Assembly: GCA_013239625.1 (NCBI GenBank)
Contig: MU056262.1
Coordinates: 9,090,134-9,154,133, forward strand
Length of the DNA stretch: 64,000 nucleotides
DNA from: Lama guanicoe
Lineage: Eukaryota
Reading direction: 5' to 3'
Each line of letters opens with the position of its first letter. Positions within the stretch are counted from its first letter, which is position 1. Under the pieces are notes generated by a model that made no database searches, was not told the origin of the DNA, and saw only the letters and a program-made list of their open reading frames with translations. Shown piece by piece: positions 1-9,972 of the stretch. Position numbers and translations under genes: made by a program.

Positions 1-159
1 GTGATCTCGGTGAGCCCCACCCAGCCCACCTCAGGGTGCTCTGCTGAGTAATCATCTGTATACCTACAGGAAGAATGATAACCCTATGGTGCCAGTGCCA
101 ACCTCAGTTCCTAGCCCCTTCCCAAGAGGCCCATGTGGAAGAGGGTTGTAGGATCTTAC

Positions 160-3100
160 ACTGCAGTGCTAGGCGGTGGAGCTGGCTCAGGAAACTGAAG
201 TCGTCTGGCCCGAAGGAACTCTGGGGTGCTGGAGGCCAACTCTGGACTTGCTGCAGGGGAAGGGCAGGGATATAGAAGGCTCAGATGCTTGGCCTGACCA
301 TCTCACCCAACCTTGAAGGCCCACAGCCTCCCTGTCCTGTTCTTCAAGGGCCTCATCTAGCTCTGGCCAAGCAAGGGATCCTTCAGTTTCCTTGGCCCAA
401 AACTACCTGTGCCTAGAAACACAAGCCAGGTAATCCGCTTCTCCAAGGTCAGGGATATAGCTGTCACTTACCAACCCACCCCCTGATCCCTGCACTGGGC
501 CCCTTACCTGTCCTGCCAGGGGTATCTTCATCCCCTGAAGATCCTTCTGGCTCCTTGGCCTCAATGGCCCCCTGGGACCCCTCTGCTTCTGTCACCTCTG
601 TGTGTTCTTCAGGCTCTTCTGCTCTGGCAGATCCTTGTGCTTCTGTTGCCTCCTCCACTTCCCTCATGCTCAAGCCTTCTTTCATCCTTCCCTCTGCCTC
701 CTCACCAACTCCATTCTGTAAGGGCTCTACTCCATCTTCTCCAGAGATATTACTGCTGGTGTTTGGAAAGCCCAGAGCAAGAGCATCAACCTCCTCCACC
801 TTTCCTGCCATAAGCTGGGCTGGCTTCCCAGGACCTAAATCAAGGGGAGAGAACACGGGCTAGAGAAGCAGTAGGCCAGGGCTGTAGCTCTGAGAAAGGT
901 AAAGATGGAGTAGTAAAACCTAGTCTAGCCCATCAAGGAGAGAAGGTCAGAGGCAGCCCCAGGGTACTGGTTTGGAGTCTCCTGGTCCCAACATTGACTC
1001 TGCTCTTGGATGGAGGTGGGATCAACAGCCAGGTACCCAGTGGGGAGGGGGCACACAGATGGGCCTGAGGAGGAAAAAACCACCAATTCTTGCTCATGCT
1101 AGGTTTGGATCGAGGCCACATGCCCCACAAACTCACCACTGTTCTGCAGCCTAGGCCCACTGCTCCATGTCCTGTGACCGACAGCCCTCTCCACATCTTT
1201 AGCCCCAGAGTGAGAGGGGCAAGGCAGGGAGTGTTGCACAGTGGGGGAACGGCCAAGCAAGGGCTGGGAGAAGGGCTGCGTGTCCTCCAACACCGTGTCC
1301 GTTGGCAGAGTGGTAACAGGGGTTCTGAGGCTGTCACCTGGAGATCAAGGGCCAGTTGGCATTCAGTGTTTTGCAGGCCCACCTGCTGCTACCCAGTCAC
1401 TAGGGCCTGCGTAGTGGGCCCACAAGTTTGCCCGAGTGACCTTCAGAAAGAAGACTACCTAGTGCTCTGAGACTAATCTCCCTTCCACAGCTCTCCTTGC
1501 TTACCTTCCTGCTCCTTAGCCTGGCATTCCCAGGTTCTACAGCTTGCTCCACCCAAACTGCTCACCCATGGCTGTACTCTCCACTCTCTGGGCCTGTAAC
1601 CCTTCTCTTACTCTGGTGAACTTGACTTGTCTTCTGGAATCAGGCTCCCAGGTCAGCTCTGACTGACCAGCCACTTTCAACCTCCTAATAAGCTCCAATC
1701 ACCATACCACACCCCTTTCCTACCCTCAGTCCCATAGCTCTTCAAGGATATGAGGTCCTGGAACATACTGGAAGACTAAGACTGGGCCCCAGCAAGACAA
1801 GAGGCAACTTGTGGAAAGAAAGCAGAAACTCCTCATAGACCTACTGGCCAGGCTTGCTCACTATCTTTGACCTGAAGTAGAGAAGAACAACCCTGGACTC
1901 AGCAGCATCTCCTATCTCTTGTTGGGGGAGAGCTTTCTCCACAGGCCAGAAGAAGAGAAATCTCAACCTTACCTGGAGGAGCCAAGGCAAGGGAAGTATC
2001 TTGCATATCCTGCAAAAATGTACCCACATCTACAGCTCGGCGGGTAGGAGGTCTGCGGGCCAAACCAGGTCTCTTTACTGACTGTGGCTGGAGAGGTGTG
2101 GCAAAGGTCAGGTTGAGGGAGCTGGTGGGAGGGACAAGGCACAAAGGAAAGTTAGGTTCCTGAGGCCCAACCCTCCTCCCCCAGCCTAGGATTCCCCCAA
2201 ATGTTCTGGTGCTCTCATCTCTTATAACACAGCTGCCATGAAGTAAGCATGGAGCAGTATGGCCAAATTCCATTCTAGTCAGCACCTTCTTCCCCAAGAC
2301 TCTCCTCCACCAACCCCTAGAACCGGCAACAGCACCTGGTGATGGAAGAGGCATCAGCATTCCCATAAGGCTCTGCAAGAGGATATAAAAAGAAACCATA
2401 ATAAGTTACCCAGGCCTCTCTCAGGCCTCCTCAGCCTCTCCAAGAGGACAGGAGAAAGAGTGACCACAGGTGTTGTCCAGGACCTCACCTTGAGAGAGAG
2501 GCAGCCCCTGGTCCATTCCTTGCTGAAACACTGACAACCTCAGCCTCTGCTTCCTTCTGCCAGGAGCCAGCAGACCTGGAGCCAGAGTTGTTGAGGGTTC
2601 AACTTCAGGAAGTTGCAGCTCCAGGCTACAAGAATGGAGCTTATCTCAGACAGGCCAGGACACCCAATTCTGGCTCTTGGGGCCCCCAAAAGGCTCCCTG
2701 ACAAGAGCTCCCCAACAGCCCAGTTCAAGGGGGGAATTCACTGTGCACCTGCCCCGACTGCTTTCCTGTCTGGAAGTCTGGACCACCTGTGGTGTTGGCA
2801 CTGGCTTCACCACTGATTCTGGCAACACGATGGAAGATTCCGGAGCTGCATAAATAGCAAGGAGAGGATGCGGCTGGCAGGGCAGGCTGCCCTAAATGAG
2901 GGATACCATAGGATTGGCACCTGGTTCTGACCTGCAGGCCAGTGCTCACTCACCAGTTAATAAGATGTTCTTCAGCAGAGTCCGGGGTGTCTGTTCCTCC
3001 AGGTGTCCACCAGCTTGAATATGGGCCAATCTGTCAATAGACTTTGGGTAACAGCACCAAGCAATCAGTCTGTTCCTTTGCCTTGAGTCCCTCAAGGTGG

Positions 3101-4423
3101 GGTCCAGAGCAGAGCTAGAATTCAAGAGCCCCCTGAAGGCAACCAGAGCTCTCTAGTGGTCAGTGGGTGGGGCACTTACCCTGGCTTTATGAGAACGACG
3201 CCTGGCAGTCATCTTTGTTTGGCTCCTCAGCTTCTTAGAGGAAGGTGTTTCAAGTAGGGCTCTCTGGGCACTGTGTAAAGACCAGCAACTCTGAGAATTA
3301 TGTGGGGAGGAGGAACTAGAGATGTGTTTTCATCAAGAATCTTAGTTGAAATCCTTTACCCTCAGGGACAGGGACTTGGGAACCACATGCCCCTCCCATA
3401 GCCCTGTTTCCAGCTCTGTCAACAGAGTTGTAGGTGAAAGGAAGCCCGAACAGTATGGGAAGAGAAAGGGGCTGAGGAAGGCTTCACACAGGTGACTGTC
3501 AGAAGTAGAGGTTAACTGCACAGACAAGAGGAACAATTAGAAGAGTATTCATTCTAGACACTAAAATAACAATCCAAATATGTTTAAGTATTTTTAAACC
3601 TTTTAAGTACTTGTCAGGGTCTGATAGAAACTTCCACATGATTCACTATAGCCGTTGTCTCTCTAGTCCAATTCCCTCTCAGACTTCAGAACCACATAAA
3701 TGTTTCCAGGGCACAGCTCCCACCTCATCACTCGTAGGTCTAAAACCTATAATGAATGGCTTTCCATTGTCTATAAAGGAACTGCACTTCCCCCAGGAAG
3801 CTGGGAGATGCCATATTCCACACCTCTGTACCATGAGCTCATCAGAGCCCTCGCCCACTGCCACTCCCACCAAGTCAGGCCAAATTTCCTGCTCCCTCGC
3901 AAGGCATCTTTTCAGTTCCTGCTTCCTGACTTCCGCCCAGGCTGTGCTCTCCAGCTCCTTTCCCATCTTCCAACTTGGAACCGCCTGGGAGGCAATTCAG
4001 GGCAGATGCCTGGACCCACTCTGGAAAACTGGCGTAGAGAACAGATTCTGAGCACCCATCTTTCGCTCCAGAAGCGGACCCCCAAAGACGCCAGCATGAT
4101 TGAGCTCTGTGATCTCGATTCGCCTGGAGTCCCAAGGCTGGAGACACAAACAGCTGACCCGAGTCCAGCTAAGGGAAAGGAGCCAGTTCTCAGAGCCCCG
4201 GGCTCTGCTCCTTTCTGAGACTCAGTTTCCCTCTCCAAACAGGTTCCGCGCTGGACTCTACCGCCCAGTTCCTCTGGTTGCTCTTGTGCTGGGGCAGCGC
4301 CCTCACATACCTAGTCCGAGCACTCCGGGGTCGCCGCGGAGTGAGCGGATCCGCTGTATCCAGCACGCGCCGTAGTAGCGTGCGCGTCGTAGGCTCGCTG
4401 TCCGGGCTGTAGCTGTCCGCCAT
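160..4423 (-). CDS. CENPT: Centromere protein T, 3'-partial. Coding exons 4423-4311, 3270-3180, 3041-2954, 2845-2749, 2625-2489, 2372-2336, 2121-1973, 1337-1137, 834-508, 250-160. Histone-fold exons lie beyond the left edge.
   Basis: Spliced translation MADSYSPDSEPTTRTLLRRVLDTADPLTPRRPRSARTS-AQRALLETPSS...EEQTPRTLLKNILLTAPESS...RRKQRLRLSVFQQG...SLNLTFATPLQPQSVKRPGLARRPP...VLEDTQPFSQP...acidic EEPEE region...ASPELASSTPEFL matches CENP-T. All introns are GT-AG and phases are consistent (1331 nt in window). Synteny with THAP11/NUTF2. Confidence 0.95.
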
Positions 4424-4560
4424 CGCCTCAGCTGTCCGCCCTCCCAACCGCTGAGGGAGCCGCGGCAGCCGCCTTCCCGCCGCCTCAATCAAGCCAACTC
4501 TCGCGAGGCTGCCGCACAGCCCCACGGGAATTGCAGTTGCCGCCGGCCGCGCTCGGTGCT
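4280..4560 (-). promoter_or_regulatory. CpG-rich CENPT proximal promoter/first coding exon with a TCTCGCGAG (BANP/CGCG-type) element at 4499-4508 and a ZNF143/THAP11-like ACTGCAATTCCCG at 4525-4537 (minus)
   Basis: Sharp local CpG enrichment around the ATG at 4423; motifs read directly from the sequence. Confidence 0.7.
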
Positions 4561-4594
4561 AACCTTAGTGATTGCAAACTGGCTTTGCAAGCAG

Positions 4595-4765
4595 CCTTAT
4601 CTTGAGCCTGGGCAAATATGTGCAACCAGTCGAAGCCTCGGTTTCCTCATTTGTAAACTGAGGATGATAACCACCTAATTGGGTGGGTAGGGGGATGTAA
4701 TGATTCCATAAGATAATGTTTAACTCACGATCTGACACATAGTAAGCCAGTCCATCAGTAAACAG
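4595..4765 (+). mobile_element. MIR SINE fragment
   Basis: Core-like ctgggcaaat...gcctcggtttcctcatttgtaaactgaggatgataa...gattccataagataatg; boundaries approximate. Confidence 0.6.
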
Positions 4766-5233
4766 CACTCACTATTGTTAGAATGGCTCTTACTCCCATC
4801 TCCTTCTCCAAAGATGAGGAGAGACACATTTAGGCCACGAAAAAATAACTGCAGTCTATACGTGACCTCGTCAGATACGCATTTGCGAAAACCAATGTGT
4901 CTATAGGATCTGTATCTATCACAAGAAATCAGTTTGCAGGCTTGGAGGCTAGTGGGGTGTTTGAAACCCAGTAGAGATGTTACGATCTCCAAACATGCGC
5001 AATTTTGAGATGAATTCGGGCTCACAAAAGTTGTTAGTGCTGGAGACTCCATTATCATATTTTCACCAACTGATGGCCTCCTCCCTCTCTTTCTCAAATT
5101 TTCATGGGAACCGAATTAGAACTTGAGTTCTGAGTATTGTGTGAAGTTCTCTTTCTTGCTCCTAAATCAGGTGTAAAGTATCAGATACTGGAAAGAGGCA
5201 TGGTCTTATTTGTGCTTGTGTTGAGAAACAAAA

Positions 5234-5350
5234 GGGGAGGATATAGCTTAGTGGTAGAGTGCCTGTTCAGCATGCATGAGGTTCTGGGTTCAATCCCCAG
5301 TAACTCCACTAAAAATAAATAAACCTAGTCATCCCTCAAAATAAAATAAA
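5234..5350 (+). mobile_element. tRNA-derived SINE (camelid vic-1-like)
   Basis: GGGGAGGATATAGCTTAGTGGTAGAG (A box)...GGTTCAATCCCCAG (B box), followed by an AT-rich (AAAAT)n tail. Confidence 0.85.
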
Positions 5351-5759
5351 ATGTATTTTAAAAAATAAGTTTTAAACAAGGAAAAAAACAGAAAGTAAGA
5401 TTCTTGCTTCTTAAAATAAGAGAATTGCAGTGAAAAGTCACATTAATATTCCTTGTCATTTACAGTTGACCTCTGTGTTATCTGACTTAATTTGCTAGCC
5501 CTTTGCAGGCACCTTTCCACAGTCACTATCAACCACCTAAGTGCAATATGTATATATTTATTTATTATTTGTAATGCCTTGAACTGGATAATATGGAAAA
5601 TACACAAAAATCTTTCCAAAATAGTTTGAGAATCAGCTTACTTTTGCACAGTATTCTAATACATTTGCATAGATTGCTTTACTGTGTTTGCATAATTGAT
5701 TAAACTTTATATTTACTACTTGTCTTAAAAATACACTGGGTTCATGAAGTGATGGAGAA

Positions 5760-5950
5760 GAGTCAGAGAGATTGGCAAGGACCACACTATGTGAAGTCTC
5801 CCAGGTTTTGGAAAGGAGTTTGGACATTATCCTACATGCAACAGGCCACTGGAGGGATTTAAGCAGAGGCATTACATAATCGTATTTTCTTTGGCAGCCA
5901 TGTGAAGAACAGATTGTAGGGGAGGCAAGATTGGAAGCAAGGAGACATGT
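5760..5950 (-). mobile_element. L2 LINE fragment
   Basis: gagtttggacattatcct...ccactggagggatttaagcagagg...ggcaagattggaagcaaggaga, typical of antisense L2; boundaries approximate. Confidence 0.55.
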
Positions 5951-6640
5951 GACAAACATTCTTGCCCTTCTCCAGAGGTGACAAGATAGAAGGTAGGCAG
6001 GGCAGTGGGGGTGGGGAGAAAGCCATGCATTTGTATTCTAGATATTTTTTAGTGTGGAAGATTAAGAGTAGATTAGAAGTGATTTTATGTACTAGAAGGC
6101 AGAGTTTTACAGAGCATAATCGTCAATGTTCTGTACATAAAGAAATGATGTCAATTTGACCTTTCACCAATATTTTTTGAGTATGGTAGATTTTGAGACT
6201 AGGAGTAGAACCGTATCACTAACTGTAGGACAATGAAAATATATAACAGATGCAATGATCTTTTGCTGAATTTTATCTCTTCTGCAAACATTTTATAAAC
6301 ATTTAAACATATAACAATGTGTGTATTCATGTTTTTACAGTTGTATAAATGAATGTTCATGTGAGTTGAGGGAGTGAGGAGGTTCTTTCACCATGAACTA
6401 CACATACTAGAAATGAATTTCTGAATTTGAAGTTCAAGCTGTGGAGCTCAGCTGCATAGAAGCCAGGAGGAAAGGTTCTGTGAAATCCACACATATAATG
6501 AAGGCTCACATTGGCTGAAAACAGGAATGCAATGTAATGTTTGGGTGTTAGGACCAGAAAAATAGTTTTTTCCCCATTGTCCCGAATGTTTCTAAAATAT
6601 TTTAAGTATGGATCCGTTTACAGTAAAGAACAACAAACTG

Positions 6641-6642
6641 AA

Positions 6643-6706
<64 letters not shown>

Positions 6707-6710
6707 AAAG
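6641..6710 (+). repeat. (GAAA)n tetranucleotide microsatellite
   Basis: Near-pure run of GAAA units, about 70 bp. Confidence 0.95.
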
Positions 6711-6754
6711 TAACAGTTAACTTGAAGGGACATTGTTTTCTTTCACAATCTTTT

Positions 6755-6878
6755 GTTTTGTTTTTAGGGGGGAGGTAATTAGGTTTATTTATTGATTTTA
6801 ATGGAAGTACTGGGGATCGAATCCAGGGCCTCATGCATGCTAGGCATGCGCTCTACCACTGAGTTATAACCTCCCCCC
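6755..6878 (-). mobile_element. tRNA-derived SINE (vic-1-like) with a perfect 16-bp target-site duplication
   Basis: Reverse complement reads GGGGGGAGGTTATAACTCAGTGGTAGAGCGCATGCCTAGCATGCATGAGGCCCTGGATTCGATCCCCAG. TSD TCTTTCACAATCTTTT at 6739-6754 and 6879-6894, with TT/AAAA nick context on the minus strand. Confidence 0.92.
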
Positions 6879-7469
6879 TCTTTCACAATCTTTTAAAAAG
6901 CCCTATCTATTTCGTTTTTATACCAAATAATCAGAAATAATATGTGCTAGGCTTCGGATTCATACCTGTGGTCTGTAATTAGGAGAGAAAAAAATGAAAG
7001 ACAGGAAAAAGGGTGCAGAAGGCCTACAGGTTACTCTCCTGGACGAGTGCCTCTTTTGCCCTTTAGGGCACTTTCCCCATCGAAGTCGAGGGAGTGGAGA
7101 GGTGTCTTGTTAAAATACAAACCCTGTCCATCCTCTGAAGATCCTTCCAACAGTTCCCAGTCGCCTGCAGAATAAAATCATATATCTTTTAAATTGGGCC
7201 AGTTTGTTATCTTTGCTTCTGCTACCCTGGCTACCCTTTAGGCTCTTTAAGGACGGAGCCTGACTCTCTCCTGCCTCAGGGCCTTATGGGCTGGTTCCCA
7301 AGGCAAGAACCTACTCCTTCCTACCTAAGCTTTTTGTAGTTTTTTCTTCCTGGGTCTCCGCCTCTCATTTCCCCCTGTCTTGTTCATTCCTTTGGAGCGT
7401 TAATTTCTGTGATTTACATCCATTCGCATGCATTCACAGCTATTATCCAAAAGTGGGTTCCTCACCCCT

Positions 7470-8350
7470 CTAGGTAGTCAGGCCGGGTCGGTCTGGCTCC
7501 TGCGAGGTTCCCAACTCCCTGCACTGCGTCTCCCGGCACAGTAGGCGCCTACTGATGACTCTGTTTAGGTCAATAAGTGAGTCAACGCAAGAAGCAGCTG
7601 AGTCGGGTGAGAGTCCCCAGCGCAAACAAAGAGGCTCCTGAGGCCCTCTGTCCCCCCTCCCCCACAGGAATGCAGCGGAGTCGCCCGCTCTGGGTCGGGG
7701 ACCGCTTCCGGCGTGCAGCACAACCTCGCTCGAATTCTGTAATCCGACCTTTCCCTTAGGCGGCGCTCCAGGCCACAGCCGCCAAGTTTAGCGCAAGGCA
7801 TTTCGGGATTTGTAGTTTCTGTAGGCCTATACCCAGGGCGCTTGCGCACTGGAGAGTCGCGCGCCGCCGACCCCCATCAGGATTCCGGGTCTTTGAGAAG
7901 GGCGCTCCAAGTGACAGCAATCCAAATGAGTACGCCTCTGTAGTCCGCCGAGGATGAACCGGGTAGGGGAAGAATCCGCTCTGCGTGGGCTGCCGCGGTG
8001 CCCTGGAAAGTGGCCGGAATAAGCACGCCCCCGCTCCGGAAGTGAGCTGCTTCTGGCGCGGTGCATTGTGGGGGGCGTAGTCCTCCTTCCCAGGCGGTCC
8101 TTCGCGGCGTCCCCGGGGCCCACTCCGGAGCGCAGGCGGGCGGCTGGGCGGGCGGCGCGGCGCGGGCCGGCTGGAGGCGTATTCTGGGCACGGGGCGCTG
8201 GACCAGGCCCGGTGCGCCGGGTGGCAGTAGTGAGAGGCCGCCCAAGGCCTCGCGCGGCGCCGCCCGTCGAGGGGCGGGCGGCGGCAGAAGGACCGGGCCG
8301 TCGAAGGGCTCAAGAGGCCGGTGGGCCGGGCCGGGCCGCGCGGCGCAGCC
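7470..8350 (+). promoter_or_regulatory. THAP11 CpG-island promoter/5'UTR with two ZNF143/THAP11 (SBS/Ronin) motifs (7798-7816 and 8062-8081, both minus) and ETS/GABP CCGGAAG sites (~7705, ~8036)
   Basis: Dense CpG. Minus-strand ACTACAAATCCCGAAATGC and ACTACGCCCCCCACAATGCA. Confidence 0.8.
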
Positions 8351-8701
8351 ATGCCTGGCTTTACGTGCTGCGTGCCGGGCTGCTACAACAACTCTCACCG
8401 GGATAAGGCGTTGCACTTCTACACGTTTCCCAAGGACGCTGAGCTGCGGCGCCTCTGGCTCAAGAATGTGTCCCGTGCCGGCGTCAGTGGGTGCTTCTCC
8501 ACCTTCCAGCCCACCACGGGCCACCGTCTCTGCAGCGTCCACTTCCAGGGTGGTCGCAAAACCTACACGGTGCGCGTCCCCACCATCTTCCCGCTGCGCG
8601 GCGTCAACGAGCGCAAAGTAGCACGCAGACCCGCGGGGGCCGCAGCCGCACGCCGCAGGCAGCAGCAGCTGCAACAGCAGCAACAGCAACAACAACAACA
8701 A

Positions 8702-8736
<35 letters not shown>

Positions 8737-9283
8737 GTCGCCGTCCGCCTCCGCTGCCCAGACCGCCCAGCTGCAGCCGAACCTGGTGTCTGCCTCAGCG
8801 GCTGTACTCCTCACCCTTCAGGCCGCTGTAGACAGCAGCCAGGCTCCAGGATCCGTGCAGCCGGCGCCCACCACTCCCACGGGAGAAGACGTGAAGCCCA
8901 TCGACCTGACGGTGCAAGTCGAGTTCGCAGCCGCAGAGGGCGCAGCCGCCGCAGCCGCTGCGTCGGAGCTAGAGGCTGCTACAGCNNNNNNNNNNNNNNN
9001 NNNNNNNNNNNNNNNNNNNNNNNNNNNNNNNNNNNNNNNNNNNNNNNNNNNNNNNNNNNNNNNNNNNNNNNNNNNNNNNNNNNNNNNNNNNNNNNNNNNN
9101 NNNNNNNNNNNNNNNNNNNNNNNNNNNNNNNNNGACATCCTGGCGCTGATGGAGGTAAAGATGAAGGAGATGAAGGGCAGCATCCGTCACCTGCGTCTCA
9201 CCGAGGCCAAGCTGCGCGAAGAACTCCGGGAGAAGGATCGGCTGCTGGCCATGGCTGTCATCCGCAAGAAACACGGAATGTGA
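8351..9283 (+). CDS. THAP11: THAP domain-containing protein 11 (Ronin), intronless, 310 aa; 148 nt (8986-9133) are N
   Basis: [29 protein letters not shown]...LCSVHF...VPTIF is a C2CH THAP domain. It is followed by polyQ, polyA and a C-terminal coiled coil [49 protein letters not shown]. Start context GCAGCCATG; frame is preserved across the N-run. Confidence 0.98.
8660..8734 (+). repeat. Coding CAG/CAA repeat of THAP11: (CAG)3 CTG CAA (CAG)2 CAA CAG (CAA)6 (CAG)10 = Q3-L-Q21
   Basis: Read directly. Confidence 0.95.
8986..9133. other. N-run (148 nt) inside the THAP11 CDS
   Basis: Direct. Confidence 0.99.
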
Positions 9284-9832
9284 ACCGGTCTCTTTTCGGC
9301 CTTTGGGACTCCCGGACCCCTGCCAGCTTAGGGGGACCTCAGGCCGCGGTTGTTGAACACCCACCTAGTCCTGGGGCACTGGTTGTCAGTACTGAAGCTT
9401 AGGGCAGCTGGAATCTTTTGCTGGGGACCTGTCACCCTCTCTTGTTTCCTCCTGAAGCAAGGTCCTGAAGTCGGGGACCTCAGACTGCACTGGTGACACC
9501 AGCAATTATGACTCTGTCAACCCCCCTCCCCACCTTCACCCCCAGTTGCAGGTTCTGGTTAAGCAGGGGCTTCAGAACCACTGAACTTACCCACTTGGGA
9601 TGCAGACGGAATGCCGAAGGACTATGGGTTGGGAAGACAACACCTTGAGTTTGGCCAGCAATCAGAGACAACTCTTCTGTGTAGTGATAAGAGATCAAGT
9701 AACATCATTTCTCCCACTTTTTGTGCTTTCCCTTCCCAGATGCAGCCTGTGATTTTGATGGGGACTGGCAGATCTGTGCCTCTGCTTCCTAGGACTTCCT
9801 TCCCAGGAGGTCATGTACAAGGGGATCTAGGT

Positions 9833-9972
9833 NNNNNNNNNNNNNNNNNNNNNNNNNNNNNNNNNNNNNNNNNNNNNNNNNNNNNNNNNNNNNNNNNNNN
9901 NNNNNNNNNNNNNNNNNNNNNNNNNNNNNNNNNNNNNNNNNNNNNNNNNNNNNNNNNNNNNNNNNNNNNNNN
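9833..9972. other. N-run (140 nt) in the THAP11 3'UTR, probably covering the polyA signal
   Basis: N-run is direct. The polyA inference rests on the T-rich sequence right after it and the absence of a visible AATAAA just upstream. Confidence 0.9.

Noticed and set aside
30-63. Possible extra CENPT micro-exon (acceptor TTCTTCCTGTAG at 64, donor GAG|GTGGGC at 30)
   Set aside because: At 34 nt it would not preserve the frame, the peptide is not recognisable as CENP-T, and the downstream exon is outside the window, so it cannot be evaluated.
5234-5315. tRNA-Ala-like sequences (also 6800-6878 and 30262-30339)
   Set aside because: Diverged stems, AT-rich tails and a TSD identify them as SINEs rather than tRNA genes.
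8321-8350. ORF-track N-terminal extension of THAP11 from a GTG
   Set aside because: THAP domains are N-terminal and the ATG at 8351 has a good context; nothing supports the GTG start.
7756-9402. Long alternative-frame and antisense ORFs over THAP11 (poly-Leu 275 aa, poly-Ala 303 aa, poly-Cys 83 aa, 198 aa)
   Set aside because: Expected by-products of a stop-poor GC-rich island and the CAG/CTG repeat; most start at non-ATG codons and show no recognisable domains.
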